From an uncultured bacterium (GTDB lineage: Bacteria > Verrucomicrobiota > Verrucomicrobiia > Limisphaerales > UBA8199), in assembly GCA_963749495.1 (NCBI GenBank), contig CAVVMW010000010.1:192001-256000 (forward strand): a stretch of 64,000 nt of DNA. Direction: 5' to 3'. This document shows, in pieces, positions 11,017 through 21,600 of the stretch. A program made the position numbers and the translations under genes. The first letter of the stretch is position 1. Each line of letters starts with the position of its first letter. Below the pieces are notes generated by a model. That model did not search any database and had not been told where the DNA came from. It saw nothing but the letters and a program-made list of their open reading frames with translations.

Positions 11017-12009
11017 TTAGTCCTTGGCTTGTGCCGCCGTGGGGGTTTGCTTTTCCAGGAAATGGCCGAAGCTGCGGAACTTGGCGTAGCGTTGTTTGAG
11101 CCGCTCGGCGGGGGCCAGGGTGAGGAGTTCTTCGAGGTGCCTGAGGAGATGGTCCCGAACGATCTCGGCGCTTTTCTCGGGGTCGTTGTGGGCGCCGCCC
11201 AGAGGCTCGGGGATGATCTGGTCCACCAACCCCAACTTGAGGAGGTGCCGCGCGGTGATCTTGAGGGCCTCGGCCGCCCTCGGGGCGGCCGAGCGGTCCT
11301 TCCAGAGAATGGCGGCGCAGCCTTCGGGGCTGATGACCGAGTAATAGGCGTTTTCCAGGATGCAGACGCGGTCGGCCACGCCGATGCCCAGGGCGCCGCC
11401 CAAGCCGCCCTCGCCAATGACGACGGCGATAATCGGCACCTCGAAGAGCATCATCTCGCGCAAGTTCACCGCGATGGCCTCGGCGATGTGGCGTTCCTCG
11501 GCGCCGATGCCGGGGTAGGCGCCGGCGGTATCGATGAGCGAGATAATCGGCAGGCCGAACTTGTTCCCCAGCTTCATGAGGCGCAGGGCCTTGCGATAGC
11601 CCTCCGGGTGGGCCGAGCCGAAATTGCGCAGGATGTTCTCCTTGGTGTCCCGGCCCTTTTGAGTGCCCACCACCATGACCTTGTGCCCGCCCAGGCAGGC
11701 GAACCCGCCCACCACCGCCCGGTCCTCGCCATACAGCCGGTCTCCGTGCAATTCGCTGAACCCGGTGAAGGCGCCTTCCAAATAGTCCAGCGCAAAGGGC
11801 CGCTTGGGGTGCCGGGCTATCTTGATCCGGTCCCAGGCGCTGAGGTTCGAGTAGATCTGCCGCCGGGTCTCCTCGAGTTTCTTCTCAACCAAAGCGACTT
11901 CTTCCTCGAAGCTCATTCCCAGGGCGCGCTTCTCGGGATGCCGCTTCAACTCCTCCAGCGTGTTCTGCAACTCCGCAATCGGCTTTTCGAAGTCGAGGTG
12001 ATGTTTCAT
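11017..12009 (-). CDS. accA: Acetyl-CoA carboxylase carboxyltransferase alpha subunit
   Basis: LDFEKPIAEL, ARHPKRP, ELHGDR, PEGYRKALRLM, IDTAGAYPGIGAEER, YSVISPEGCAAILWK. Confidence 0.97.
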   Translation of the reverse strand: MKHHLDFEKPIAELQNTLEELKRHPEKRALGMSFEEEVALVEKKLEETRRQIYSNLSAWDRIKIARHPKRPFALDYLEGAFTGFSELHGDRLYGEDRAVVGGFACLGGHKVMVVGTQKGRDTKENILRNFGSAHPEGYRKALRLMKLGNKFGLPIISLIDTAGAYPGIGAEERHIAEAIAVNLREMMLFEVPIIAVVIGEGGLGGALGIGVADRVCILENAYYSVISPEGCAAILWKDRSAAPRAAEALKITARHLLKLGLVDQIIPEPLGGAHNDPEKSAEIVRDHLLRHLEELLTLAPAERLKQRYAKFRSFGHFLEKQTPTAAQAKD

Positions 12010-12087
12010 GAACGCCCAGCCTAGTCCCTGGGGCGCGCACAGGCAACGCCGTTTTGGGGCCGCCCCGGAGCGCGGGGCGCGTCCCGA

Positions 12088-12175
12088 CACTGCCCCCCGG
12101 AACGCCGCATTTATGCGGCAGCCGCCCGGCAATTCGAGGAACCTGCCGGCTAAAGCCGGCGTTCCGGGGGCAGTG
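12088..12175. repeat. REP-like inverted doublet (same family as 1985-2039)
   Basis: CACTGCCCCCCGGAACGCCG ... CGGCGTTCCGGGGGCAGTG. Confidence 0.65.
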
Positions 12176-12513
12176 TGAGGATGCGCCCCGGAGCGCCGGG
12201 CGTACAAGCGAAGAGCCGGATTTGCATCCGGCTCTAAGTGGTGACGAGGTTTATACGCCTTCACCCAGGCGCTCAGAAGGGTAATGCGGCCAACTATTTG
12301 CTCGCTGTTCGAACCGCATTACAAGCAAAACCTCTATACTAACCCTAAACGAACAGCGAAATCTCTTTTTCTCCCGCTCGCCCCACCTATTTAATAGATA
12401 GCATAAGAAAACGATTCGTTCAAAAAAAATCTGGATCTTTCCGCCTGTGAAAGAACGCAACCCCGTCGCCCTGCGAAAAGGCGCGAGGTTCCCGCCTGCG
12501 CCATCAACGCCCT

Positions 12514-13428
12514 CTATTTCATCCCACTAGATCCGCCGCCTGTCAAGCCAAAGCGTTGATTCTCTCCGGAAAAATTCTCTCCGGGAAGAATATCGGTGAA
12601 AATGCAGGTGTGAGCGCGGTCTTTGAGGACACGGGCCAGGGGGGTGTTGCCTGCCGGGGCGAGGGATTGGCGGAGGGCCTGGGCCTTGCCCGGGCCCGAG
12701 GCCAGGACCCAGACCTGGCGGGCGGCGCAGATGGCCGGGTAGCCGAGGGTCACCCGGCGCGGCGGCGGCTTGGGGACCGTAACCGCCCGATACACTGCCG
12801 GGCTCTCCGCTACCTCGTCGGGCTCGCCCGGAAACAGGGACGCCACGTGGCCTTCCTCACCCATCCCAAGAAAGACCAGGTCCAGCACGGGTTGGTGGCC
12901 GGAGGGCGGAATGACGAATGACGAATGACGAATGACGAATGACAAATCCGGACTGTGGACTGTGGACTGTGGACTGTGGACTGTGGACCGTGGACTGTGG
13001 ACTGTGGACTGTGGACTGTGGACTGTGGCCTGTGGCCTGTGGACTGTGGACTGGAGTTCGGACTCCGCTTCGGCCGCTGCCGCTTCGGGCGGGACCTCGC
13101 CACGAATGCGATGCGTCCGGGCCGGGGGAACGTCAAGGGGGGCCAGCAGACATTCCTGGGCCAGCCTGAAGTTGCTCTCCGGCTCACCCGGGGGGACGCA
13201 TCGTTCATCGCCCCAGAAAAACTCGATTCGGTCGCGGAGGAGGGCGCGAGCCCTGGCCTGGTCCCGCACCGCCAGGAAAAACCGTCGCGCGATCCGTCCG
13301 CCTGAGAGCGCCACGCAGTATGGACCCGCGCCGGCGCCAGCCGCTTCCAACTCATCCAACCACCGGCTCGCCGCCGCCCGGGCCAGGGCCTCGGCATCTC
13401 CGAAGCTCAACAGGTCATACGTGCCCAT
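12514..13428 (-). CDS. pgl: 6-phosphogluconolactonase with in-frame insertion of about 49 aa derived from tandem repeats
   Basis: VALSGG, FFWGDERCVPP...SNF, LDLVFLGMGEEGHVASLFPG, KPPPRRVTL; next to zwf. Confidence 0.92.
   Translation of the reverse strand: MGTYDLLSFGDAEALARAAASRWLDELEAAGAGAGPYCVALSGGRIARRFFLAVRDQARARALLRDRIEFFWGDERCVPPGEPESNFRLAQECLLAPLDVPPARTHRIRGEVPPEAAAAEAESELQSTVHRPQATVHSPQSTVHSPRSTVHSPQSTVHSPDLSFVIRHSSFVIPPSGHQPVLDLVFLGMGEEGHVASLFPGEPDEVAESPAVYRAVTVPKPPPRRVTLGYPAICAARQVWVLASGPGKAQALRQSLAPAGNTPLARVLKDRAHTCIFTDILPGENFSGENQRFGLTGGGSSGMK
12904..13054. repeat. (GAATGAC)x5 followed by (GGACTGT)x~14, inside pgl
   Basis: Counted directly; translated as STVHSPQ/SFVIRHS repeats. 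Confidence 0.95.
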
Positions 13429-13433
13429 ACGTC

Positions 13434-13532
13434 GTCCACAGTCCACAGTCCACAGTCCACAGTCCACGGTCCACAGTCCACAGTCCGCATTCGTCATTCG
13501 TCATTCGTCATTCGTCATTCGCCATTCCGCCC
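13434..13532. repeat. (GTCCACA)x7-8 followed by (TTCGTCA)x4-5; inverted copy of the intragenic array
   Basis: Reverse complement of 12904-13054 including outer flank GGGCGGAATG / CATTCCGCCC. Confidence 0.95.
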
Positions 13533-15118
13533 CGCGGCGGCCTGAAGGGCGCGGTCGTTGGCGATCGCGGCTCGTGCCAGACATGGCCGGACTGGGCCAG
13601 CAAATCTTCAGCCGCTACCGGTCCCCAGGTGTGGGCGGAGTAGAACTCGCGGTTGGTCAAGGGCTTGTCGGACCAGGTCAGGCGGATGCCATCCACGAAT
13701 CGCCAGGCGGTTTCAACCTCGTCGCGGCGGATGAAGAGGGTGGCGTCGCCGGCCATGGCTTCGAGCAGGAGCCGCTCATAGGCCTCGGGGGTGTAGGCGC
13801 CGAATTCGGCGTCGTAACTGAAATGCATGCGCACGGGCCGGACGGCGACGCTGGTGCCGGGGACCTTGCCGTTGAAGCGGAGGGAGATGCCTTCGTTGGG
13901 CTGAAGGCGCAGGGCCAGGGCATTGGAATCGAGCTTCTGGCCGCATTGGGCTGCGAAGAGGACGTAAGGGGTGGGCCGGAACTGGATGCGGACCTCGCTG
14001 GCGCTGGCGGGCAGGCACTTGCCGGTGCGGAGGTAAAAGGGCACACCCGACCAGCGCCAGTTGTCGACGAAGAGCTTGAGCGCGACGTAGGTCTCGACGG
14101 TGGAATCGGGCTTGACCCTGGGTTCCTGGCGGTAGCCCGGGACCGACTGCCCGTCGACCACCCCGGCGAAATATTGGCCGCGCACCACCTGCCTGGCGAC
14201 TTCCTCGGCCTGGAGCGGGCGCAGCGAGCGGAGCAGCTTGACCTTTTCATCGCGAATGGCCTCGGCGTCGAGGGAGACGGGGGGTTCCATGGCCACGAGC
14301 GACAGGACCTGGAGGAGATGGTTTTGAACCATGTCGCGCAGCGCCCCAACCTCCTCGTAATAGGCGCCGCGCTGGCCCACGCCCTGCTTCTCCGCCACGG
14401 TGATTTGCACGTGGTCCACCGAGTCGCGGTTCCAGAGCCGCTCGAAGATCGAGTTGGAGAAGCGGAACATGAGGATGTTCTGGACGGTCTCCTTGCCCAG
14501 GTAGTGGTCGATGCGGAAGACCTGCTGCTCGCGGGCGAAGCGGGTCAACTGGTCGTTGAGGCGCAGGGCGGAGTCCAAATCGTGGCCGAAGGGTTTTTCC
14601 ACCACGATCCGCTGCCAGCCGTTCTGGCCGTTGTTGTGCAGCAGGCCGGCGCGGTGCACCTGCTGGACCACCTCGGTGAACTGGCTGGGCATGACGGCCA
14701 GGTAAAACAGGAGGTTTTGCCGGAGCGCCGGGTTGCCGAACGAGGCCAGTTGCTTGTCCAGCGTGACGTAGCTGGCCGAGTCCGTCAGGTCGCCCCGGCA
14801 ATAGAAGATGTGCCGCGAGAATTCTTGCCAAACCTCCTCGTCGATGGGCTTGGTGCGGGAGAATTGCTCCAGGGCCTGCCGCAATTCCTGGCGCCAGGAG
14901 TCATCGGTCTTCTCGCGCCGGGCAACGCCCGCGATGCGGAAATCCGACGGCATCTGTTTCTCCTTGTGCAGATGGTAGAGCGCCGGGATGAGCTTCCGCT
15001 CCGTCAAATCGCCGCTGGCCCCGAAGATCACGATGGAACAGGGCTCCGTCGGCTTTCGCGCCTGCCCCAACCGGCAGGTCATCGGCTCGTCAAACTCCGT
15101 CAATAGCGCTTGGTTCAC
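13508..15118 (-). CDS. zwf: Glucose-6-phosphate 1-dehydrogenase
   Basis: IFGASGDL, EKPFG, RIDHYLGKE, RDMVQNHLLQ, NWRWSGVPFYLRTGK; start uncertain (GTG 15118 or ATG 15082). Confidence 0.97.
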   Translation of the reverse strand: MNQALLTEFDEPMTCRLGQARKPTEPCSIVIFGASGDLTERKLIPALYHLHKEKQMPSDFRIAGVARREKTDDSWRQELRQALEQFSRTKPIDEEVWQEFSRHIFYCRGDLTDSASYVTLDKQLASFGNPALRQNLLFYLAVMPSQFTEVVQQVHRAGLLHNNGQNGWQRIVVEKPFGHDLDSALRLNDQLTRFAREQQVFRIDHYLGKETVQNILMFRFSNSIFERLWNRDSVDHVQITVAEKQGVGQRGAYYEEVGALRDMVQNHLLQVLSLVAMEPPVSLDAEAIRDEKVKLLRSLRPLQAEEVARQVVRGQYFAGVVDGQSVPGYRQEPRVKPDSTVETYVALKLFVDNWRWSGVPFYLRTGKCLPASASEVRIQFRPTPYVLFAAQCGQKLDSNALALRLQPNEGISLRFNGKVPGTSVAVRPVRMHFSYDAEFGAYTPEAYERLLLEAMAGDATLFIRRDEVETAWRFVDGIRLTWSDKPLTNREFYSAHTWGPVAAEDLLAQSGHVWHEPRSPTTAPFRPPRGGMANDE

Positions 15119-15218
15119 GCCCGCAATATTCCCGAGCTTGGGGCGGATTTCAAACGGCTTGTGGCCGCAACCGCGCCGCAGAGGCCCCACGCGAAGAACG
15201 CAATGGGCGCAAAGACAC

Positions 15219-15253
15219 AAATGACGAATGACGAATGACGAATGACGAATGAC
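15219..15253. repeat. (GAATGAC)x~5 upstream of zwf; 3 more copies at 16510-16531
   Basis: Seen directly. Confidence 0.9.
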
Positions 15254-15272
15254 TGGCTCGACATGTGAAGGA

Positions 15273-15350
15273 AGGAACGGAATACACGGAACACACGGAA
15301 AGAGAAGCGGCTGAGTTTCGATTTCCGTGTGTCCCGTGTATTCCGTGGTT
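15273..15350. repeat. Inverted pair of 9-mer arrays (ACACGGAA-type / TTCCGTGT-type)
   Basis: About 3 units per arm. Confidence 0.75.
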
Positions 15351-15383
15351 TAAAATCTTAACAGCCCGGTTTAGAATGGCGCC

Positions 15384-16504
15384 ATGAAACGAACCGCCCT
15401 TGTCCTGGTCGCCCGGCCTGGCCCTGTTCAGGCCGGGTTTCGCCGCCGATTTCGAACCCGCCACCCTGCCGCTCGGGGCGTCAGCCCCGGATTTCAATCT
15501 GCCGGGGGTTGACGGGCGCAACTGGGCGCCAAGCGATTTTGCCCAAGCAAAGCTCCTGGCCGTCATCTTCACCTGCAATCACTGCCCCACCGCCCAGTAC
15601 TACGAGGAGCGGCTCAAAAAGCTCGTTGCCGACTACAAGGACAAGGCCGTGGCGGTGGTGGCCATCATGCCCAACGACCCCAAGTCCGTGCGCCTGGACG
15701 AACTGGGCTGGACCGATTTGAGCGATTCCTTCCCGGAGATGAAGCTCCGCGCCACGGACCGGAAGTTCAATTTCCCCTACCTCTATGACGGCGATACCGA
15801 GGCGGTCGCCCGCGCCTACGGGCCGGTGGCCACGCCGCACGCCTTCCTCTTCGACGCTGGGCGCAAGCTGCGCTACGTGGGCGCCATCAATGACTCCGAG
15901 CGCATCGAGCATGTGACCCGGCACTACCTGCGCGACGCCCTCGACGCGCTGCTGGCCGGCAAGCAGCCGCCTGTGGCGCGCACCAAGGTCATCGGGTGCT
16001 CCGTCAAATGGGCCGGAAAGGCCCAAGCCGTCCAGGCCTACCTCGAGCGCCTGGCCGAGGAACCGGTTTCGCTCGCCCCGGCGGATGCGGGCGCGCTTCG
16101 GGCGCTGCGCCAGGACCAGTCGGGCAAGTTCCGCCTGGTGAGCTTCTGGGCGACCTGGTGCGCCCCGTGCGTCGCTGAATTCCACGAATTGGTCACAATC
16201 AACCGCATGTATCGCCATCGCGACTTCGAGCTGGTGACCGTGTCGCTCAACCGCCCGGACGAGGCGCCAAGCGTGCTCGATTTCCTCAAGAAGAAACAGG
16301 CCTCCTGCCGGAACCTGGTGTTTGGCTCCGCCGAGCGGGAGCAGCTTCATCGATGCCTTTGACCCGGACTGGCAAGGGGCGGTGCCCTACACGGTGCTCA
16401 TCGCGCCCGACGGCAAGCTCCTCCACCGCCAGACCGGCAGCATCGATCCCCTGGCCCTCAAGCGCGCCATCGTCCAGGCCATGAACGAGCGGAAACCGTG
16501 GTGA
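15384..16504 (+). CDS. Double redoxin/thioredoxin-domain protein (frameshifts near 15410 and 16350)
   Basis: APDFNLPGVDG, FTCNHCPT, SFWATWCAPC, WQGAVPYT. Confidence 0.85.
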
Positions 16505-16635
16505 GAGAAGGAATGACGAATGACGAATGACCGATAGCGGCGCCTCTGCCGGAGGCACCCATCCCTGTCTGGTGCGAGACAGATTCCTTCTTGGACCTCC
16601 GGAACGCGGACCTCAGAGCTGATCCGGGCCTTCGA

Positions 16636-16725
16636 TCCTTCGTTTCCTTCGTTTCCTTCTGTTCTTTTCCTGCGTCTCGCCGGCTGGGCACAGGAATAGA
16701 ACAGAAGGAAACGGAGGAAACGAAG
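16636..16725. repeat. Inverted pair of 9-mer arrays (TCCTTCGTT / AACGAAGGA-type)
   Basis: 3 units per arm. Confidence 0.75.
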
Positions 16726-16916
16726 ATGCGTCCTGACGCGGCGGCATCGATCGGGTCCATGCCAGTTCGTATCTGGGCTCCGGGACACTTTTTGTGACGA
16801 AAGCCCCAATTTCGGGCTTGCGGCGGGGCGGGCAATCGGGGAACGTGGCGCATCGCATCGCACCGATTCGGGTTCAGCCGTATGGCCTGCGCGCAGCGCG
16901 GCCAGGAAAGGACCAA

Positions 16917-17210
16917 ATGAAAGCGCCAGTGGCTATGACGATAATTGTGACGGGCACGCTGCTGCTCCTGGCCCCAGCGGGCGCGGACTATCTCTACCAA
17001 CGGAACGTGGTCGCCCTTCGCACACAGGCCCCAGGCGCGGAGGTCAAGCTGATCGAGCGGTTGAACAATTGGTACCGCTTCGGCTGCTGGTTCCCGGGCA
17101 GCCTCATGATCATTCTGGGCGTCATCAGCTCCATCGCCGTTGCGCGCGCCGGTTACTACGCCGATGATGATGAAGAAGACCAGGACGAGGACGAGGAGAG
17201 CAACGAGTAG
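16917..17210 (+). CDS. Small membrane protein with acidic tail
   Basis: Two hydrophobic segments, DDDEEDQDEDEE tail, GGA-containing RBS-like sequence upstream. Confidence 0.6.
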   Translation: MKAPVAMTIIVTGTLLLLAPAGADYLYQRNVVALRTQAPGAEVKLIERLNNWYRFGCWFPGSLMIILGVISSIAVARAGYYADDDEEDQDEDEESNE

Positions 17211-17296
17211 TAGGGCGGAGCTAATTGTTGAGGCGGTTCCCGTGCCACCCGGCTTAGCGCCCGGAGTTATAGTGCCTCAGTGAAGACGGACACCGG

Positions 17297-17357
17297 AACC
17301 GGAAGGGCGTCGCCCAACGCGAAGCGTTTTGGACTGCGGCAGTCCAAAACCTTCGGG
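17297..17357. repeat. REP-like element (TTTTGGACTGCGGCAGTCCAAAA); longer copy at 59976-60092
   Basis: Shared AACCGGAAGGG.GTCGCCCAACGCGAAGCGTTTTGGACTGC and GCAGTCCAAAACCTTCGGG. Confidence 0.75.
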
Positions 17358-17539
17358 TTGGGGGTCGGTCCGCGGAGAGCGGTCTGCCCGCCGTTTCGCC
17401 CCCGCGCTCCCTGGGGCGTTGCCCGGAGGTCAAGGTTGCCACTGGACAATCCTGCCCCGCGCAAGTATCTACAGGGGGTGCGGGGGGAGGTCCTTGCCGG
17501 CGCTCCTCGCTTCGATGAAGGATTCTGGAATCGCGCTTT

Positions 17540-18256
17540 ATGACCATCACGGTTTCAGTCATGGACGCCGCCGCCGCGTCGCGCGACGGTTTCAGCCAAT
17601 TCCTGCGGAACGCGCGCGGACTTCGCCTCCTGGGCGTTCACGCCTCCGCCGCAGAGGCCCTCAGAGCTATCCCGGCGGAAAACCCCGATGTCGTGCTCAT
17701 GGACATCAATCTGGCCCGCGTGGACGGCATCGAGTGCGCCCGCCTCCTCAAAAACGCCGCCCCCAACTCACAGATCCTCCTCTTGACGGTTTGCCAGGAC
17801 ACCGACCGGCTCCTCAAGGCCCTGGCTGCCGGGGCCAGCGGTTGCTTGCTCAAGCCCGTCCCGCCGGCCAGGTTGCTGCAGGCCATCCGTGAGGTCCATG
17901 CCGGCGGCTCCCCGATGTCCGGGCCGATCGCCCGCAAAGTCGTGCAATCTTTCCAGCACAACCGCCCGGCAAACCCCGAGGACGGACCCTTGTCTCATCG
18001 CGAACGCCAGGTCCTGCAATTCCTGGGGCACGGAGACACCTACCAGCAAATCGGCGATGAACTCGGGATTAGCATAGACACGACTCGCACCTACATCCGC
18101 CGGATCTACGAAAAGCTGCACGTCCACTCCCGCACCGCCGCCGTGCTTCGACTCATAACGGGGCCGAAGGCCCGCAATGTGAGAGCCTGGGCTGGAGCGA
18201 GTCCGACGAGCGGAGGCCCAGGTCAACCACCGTCGCGAATGTCCCCAGCCCTGTAG
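17540..18256 (+). CDS. NarL/LuxR family response regulator
   Basis: PDVVLMDINL, GGSPMSGPIARKVV, LSHRERQVL...TYIRRIYEKLHVHSRTAA; last ~31 aa encoded by a repeat element. Confidence 0.92.
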   Translation: MTITVSVMDAAAASRDGFSQFLRNARGLRLLGVHASAAEALRAIPAENPDVVLMDINLARVDGIECARLLKNAAPNSQILLLTVCQDTDRLLKALAAGASGCLLKPVPPARLLQAIREVHAGGSPMSGPIARKVVQSFQHNRPANPEDGPLSHRERQVLQFLGHGDTYQQIGDELGISIDTTRTYIRRIYEKLHVHSRTAAVLRLITGPKARNVRAWAGASPTSGGPGQPPSRMSPAL

Positions 18257-18429
18257 GGGCGTCACCGGTCATTTCCCAATCCCTGGCCAACATCGTTGTT
18301 CACCTCGTCTCCAGCGCCAAAAGCCCTCTTCCGCCCCTACAGGGCTGGGGAGATGTCTCTTTCGGCCCTTACCTGGGGCTGCGCGCTGCGCGCTTCACCC
18401 CAGGCTTTCACATTGCGGGCCTTCGGCCC
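18161..18429. repeat. GGGCCGAAGGCCCG-terminal palindromic element (copy 2)
   Basis: 22-bp TIR GGGCCGAAGGCCCGCAATGTGA / TCACATTGCGGGCCTTCGGCCC. Confidence 0.82.
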
Positions 18430-18615
18430 TTTCGTTTTGCTAGCCCACGAGCACTGGGTTTACGCTGAGCGCGCTCCAGGCGCCGTGTCACCAATTCATG
18501 CGACATGACTGCCCTCGAGGTCGCGATGTACGCTGTAAGTGAATCTCGCTAGCCCCCGCAATAACCCGGGATTTTGGAGCAGTCAGTCAATAAAACCAAC
18601 CATCAGCACTTCGTC

Positions 18616-21600
18616 ATGAAAATAAAGCATCAACTCTTGGGCATGAAAATGAATTGCTCACCCTCACGCCGCCTTGGGCCTGCCCTGGGCTGCGCCCTGC
18701 TGGCCCTGGCCCTGAGCGGGAGTCTGGCCCCCCAGGCCCGCGCCGCCCTGACCCATCGCTACAGTTTCACCACCGACGCGACCGACTCGGTCGGCGGCGC
18801 CAATGGCACGCCCCAAAACGGAGCGACGTTTTCGGGCGGGGCCGCGGTGTTTTCGGGCGCCGTGGTCTCCGGCCCCACCTGCGACTTCATCGTGCTGCCG
18901 CCCGGCCTGATCAGCAACTACACGAGCGTCACCTTCGAGTTCTGGATCAATGTCGGCGCGAACGGGAACTGGGAGGAGCTCTATGCCTTTGGCACTCAAA
19001 CCGCGAGCGCCGCGGGGGCCAACATGCTCATGTTCACCCCCCATTCGGGCGCGGGCGATTTCCGCATGAGCTACGCCCAAGCCGCCCCCGGCTACAATGA
19101 CGAGCACATCGTCACCGGCCTTGGTGTGCTGGATAACCTGGGGCCGCTCCAGGTGGCCTGCGTGTACGACCCGCCCAACAACACCATGACCCTCTACACC
19201 AACGGCGCGTTCGTCAATACACTGTCCCCGGTCACCGCCAACTTCTCGTTGACCAACATCTATAACGTTAATTCCTGGCTCGGCCGCTCCCTCTACAACG
19301 GCGATGCCTCCTACGCCGGCAGCCTCGACGAATTCCGCATCTACAACACCGCCCTGGGCGGCCTCCAGATTGCCGTGGACAACGCCGCCGGGCCGGACAC
19401 CCTGGTCACCAACATCGCGCTGACCTCCATCGTGTGGAATCTCAAGACCAACCTCATGAACCTGGGCTCCTTTCAGGACACTTCCGTGACCTTCAACACC
19501 GCCGCCTATGGCAGCATTTCGGTCCCGTCCTCTTCCGAAGCAACGTATTCCACCAGCGACGCGACTGTGGCCACAGTCAGCAGCGCGGGCCGCATCTCCG
19601 GTGTGGGCCTGGGAGCCGCAACCGTCTCGGCCGCTTACGGCAACCAGACCAACAGCGTGGTCGTTCACGTGGCCAAAAGCGGCTTTGGCCACCTGACCCA
19701 TCGCTATAGTTTCACGACGGATGCCAGCGACTCGATCGGCGGCGCCGATGGCACGCTTCAAAATGGAGCGATGGTTTCGGGCGGGGCCGCGGTGTTTTCG
19801 GGCGCCGTGGTCTCCGGCCCGGGCTGCGACTTCATCGAGCTGCCTTCCGGCCTGATCAGCGGCTACACCAGCGTCACCTTCGAGTTGTGGGTGGACGTGG
19901 GCCAGAACGGAAACTGGGAAGAACTCTACGCCATGGGCGATCAAACCTCCGCTAGCTTGGGGGCCAACATGGTCATGTTCTGCCCGCACTCGGGTTCCAC
20001 CCCGAACGACTTCCGCATGAGCTACGCGCAGGCCGCCCCGGGCTACAACGACGAATACGTCGTCAATGGCGTGGGCGTGCTGGACGGCCTGGGCCCGATG
20101 AGCGTCGCCTGCGTGTATGACCCGCCCAACAACGCCATGTCCCTTTACACCAACGGCGCCCTGGTCGGCTTCATGTCACCGGTGACGGCCCGGTTTTCGC
20201 TCACCAACGTCTATGATGTGCATTCCTGGCTCGGCCGCTCCCTCTACAACGGCGATGCCGCCTACGCCGGCAGCATTGACGAATTCCGCATCTACGACAC
20301 GGCCCTGGGTCCCCTCCAGCTTGCCGTTAACAACGTGGCGGGCCCGGACACTGTGGTGACCAACATCGCCGTCAACTCCATCGTCTGGAATGTCAAACCG
20401 ACCATGACCATCGGTTCACGCCAGGACACCACGGTCACCTTCAACACCGCCAGCTACGGCAGCTTCATCCTCCCCGGCTCGACCGAGGCCGCCTATTCCA
20501 CCAGCGACCCCGCCATCGCCACGGTCACCGTCGCGGGCCGCATATTCGCGATGGCCACCGGCTCGGTCACCGTCTCCGCCCGCTACAACAACCAGACCAA
20601 CAACATCGTGCTCCAGGTCGGCGAGCCGGTCCTGGTTAACCGCTACAGTTTCACCAGCGACGCCAGCGATTCGGTCGGCGGCGCCAACGGCACCCTCGAG
20701 GGCAGCGCCACGATCAGCGGCGGCGCCGTCGTTCTGCCGGGCGGGGTGACCTCCAGCGACCCCTCGGTGTCTTACGTCAATCTCCCTCCCAACCTTGTCG
20801 TCAATTTCACGGCCATTACGCTGGAAACCTGGGTGACCGACCTGGGCAGCGGGGCCTGGGCGCGAATATGGGACCTGGGTGACAGCGTTGGAGGCCAGGG
20901 TGTGAGCAACGGCGGCAGCCGCTACATGTTCCTCTCGCTGCCCAGCGGCAATGCGGACCTGTATGGGGGCATCCAGGTGAGCGACCGCGCCGGCGGCTCC
21001 CAAATCGTGGAATGGGTTGCCGGGCGCCCGCTAGTGGGCCAGGAGGCGCAGGTGGTGTGGGTCGGCGACCCCGCACACCAGATGGGCTCGCTCTACGTCA
21101 ACGGGGCGCTTGTGGCCGTCAACACCAACATGACCTTGACCCCGGCGGACATCGGCCCGACGGTCAACGATTGGCTCGGCCGCTCGCAGTACGCCACCGA
21201 CGCCGCCTTCGACGGCACGATCGATGAGTTCCGGATTTGGAACGGGGCATTGAGCCCGCTGCAGGTGGCCATCAACGCCGCCGCCGGACCGGATCGGGTC
21301 GGGCCAACCGACCCCGGCGCGTTGCAGGATGTCCGCCTGAGCGTCAACACCACCCTGGTCAAACACGGGGTGCAGCAGGGCGTCGTTTACGGCGACTTCG
21401 CCAGTGTGACCAACGTGAACGTCAGCACGTTGGGAACCACGTTCACCTCGAGCGACCCAACGGTGCTTTCCGTGGACGCCAACGGCTTCATGCGCGGCCT
21501 CAACGCAGGCACGGCCACCGTCATGGCCGCTTACAGCGGCAAGAGCGACACCAAGACCATCACCGTGGTCGTGGCGCCCGTGACCCTGACCCACCGCTGG

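Noticed and set aside
12904..13532. CRISPR array
   Set aside because: Units are 7-bp tandem repeats with no unique spacers, and no cas genes are in the window
10009..15106. Long + strand ORFs 10009..12024 and 12932..15106
   Set aside because: Antisense shadows of manA/accA and pgl/zwf in high-GC DNA
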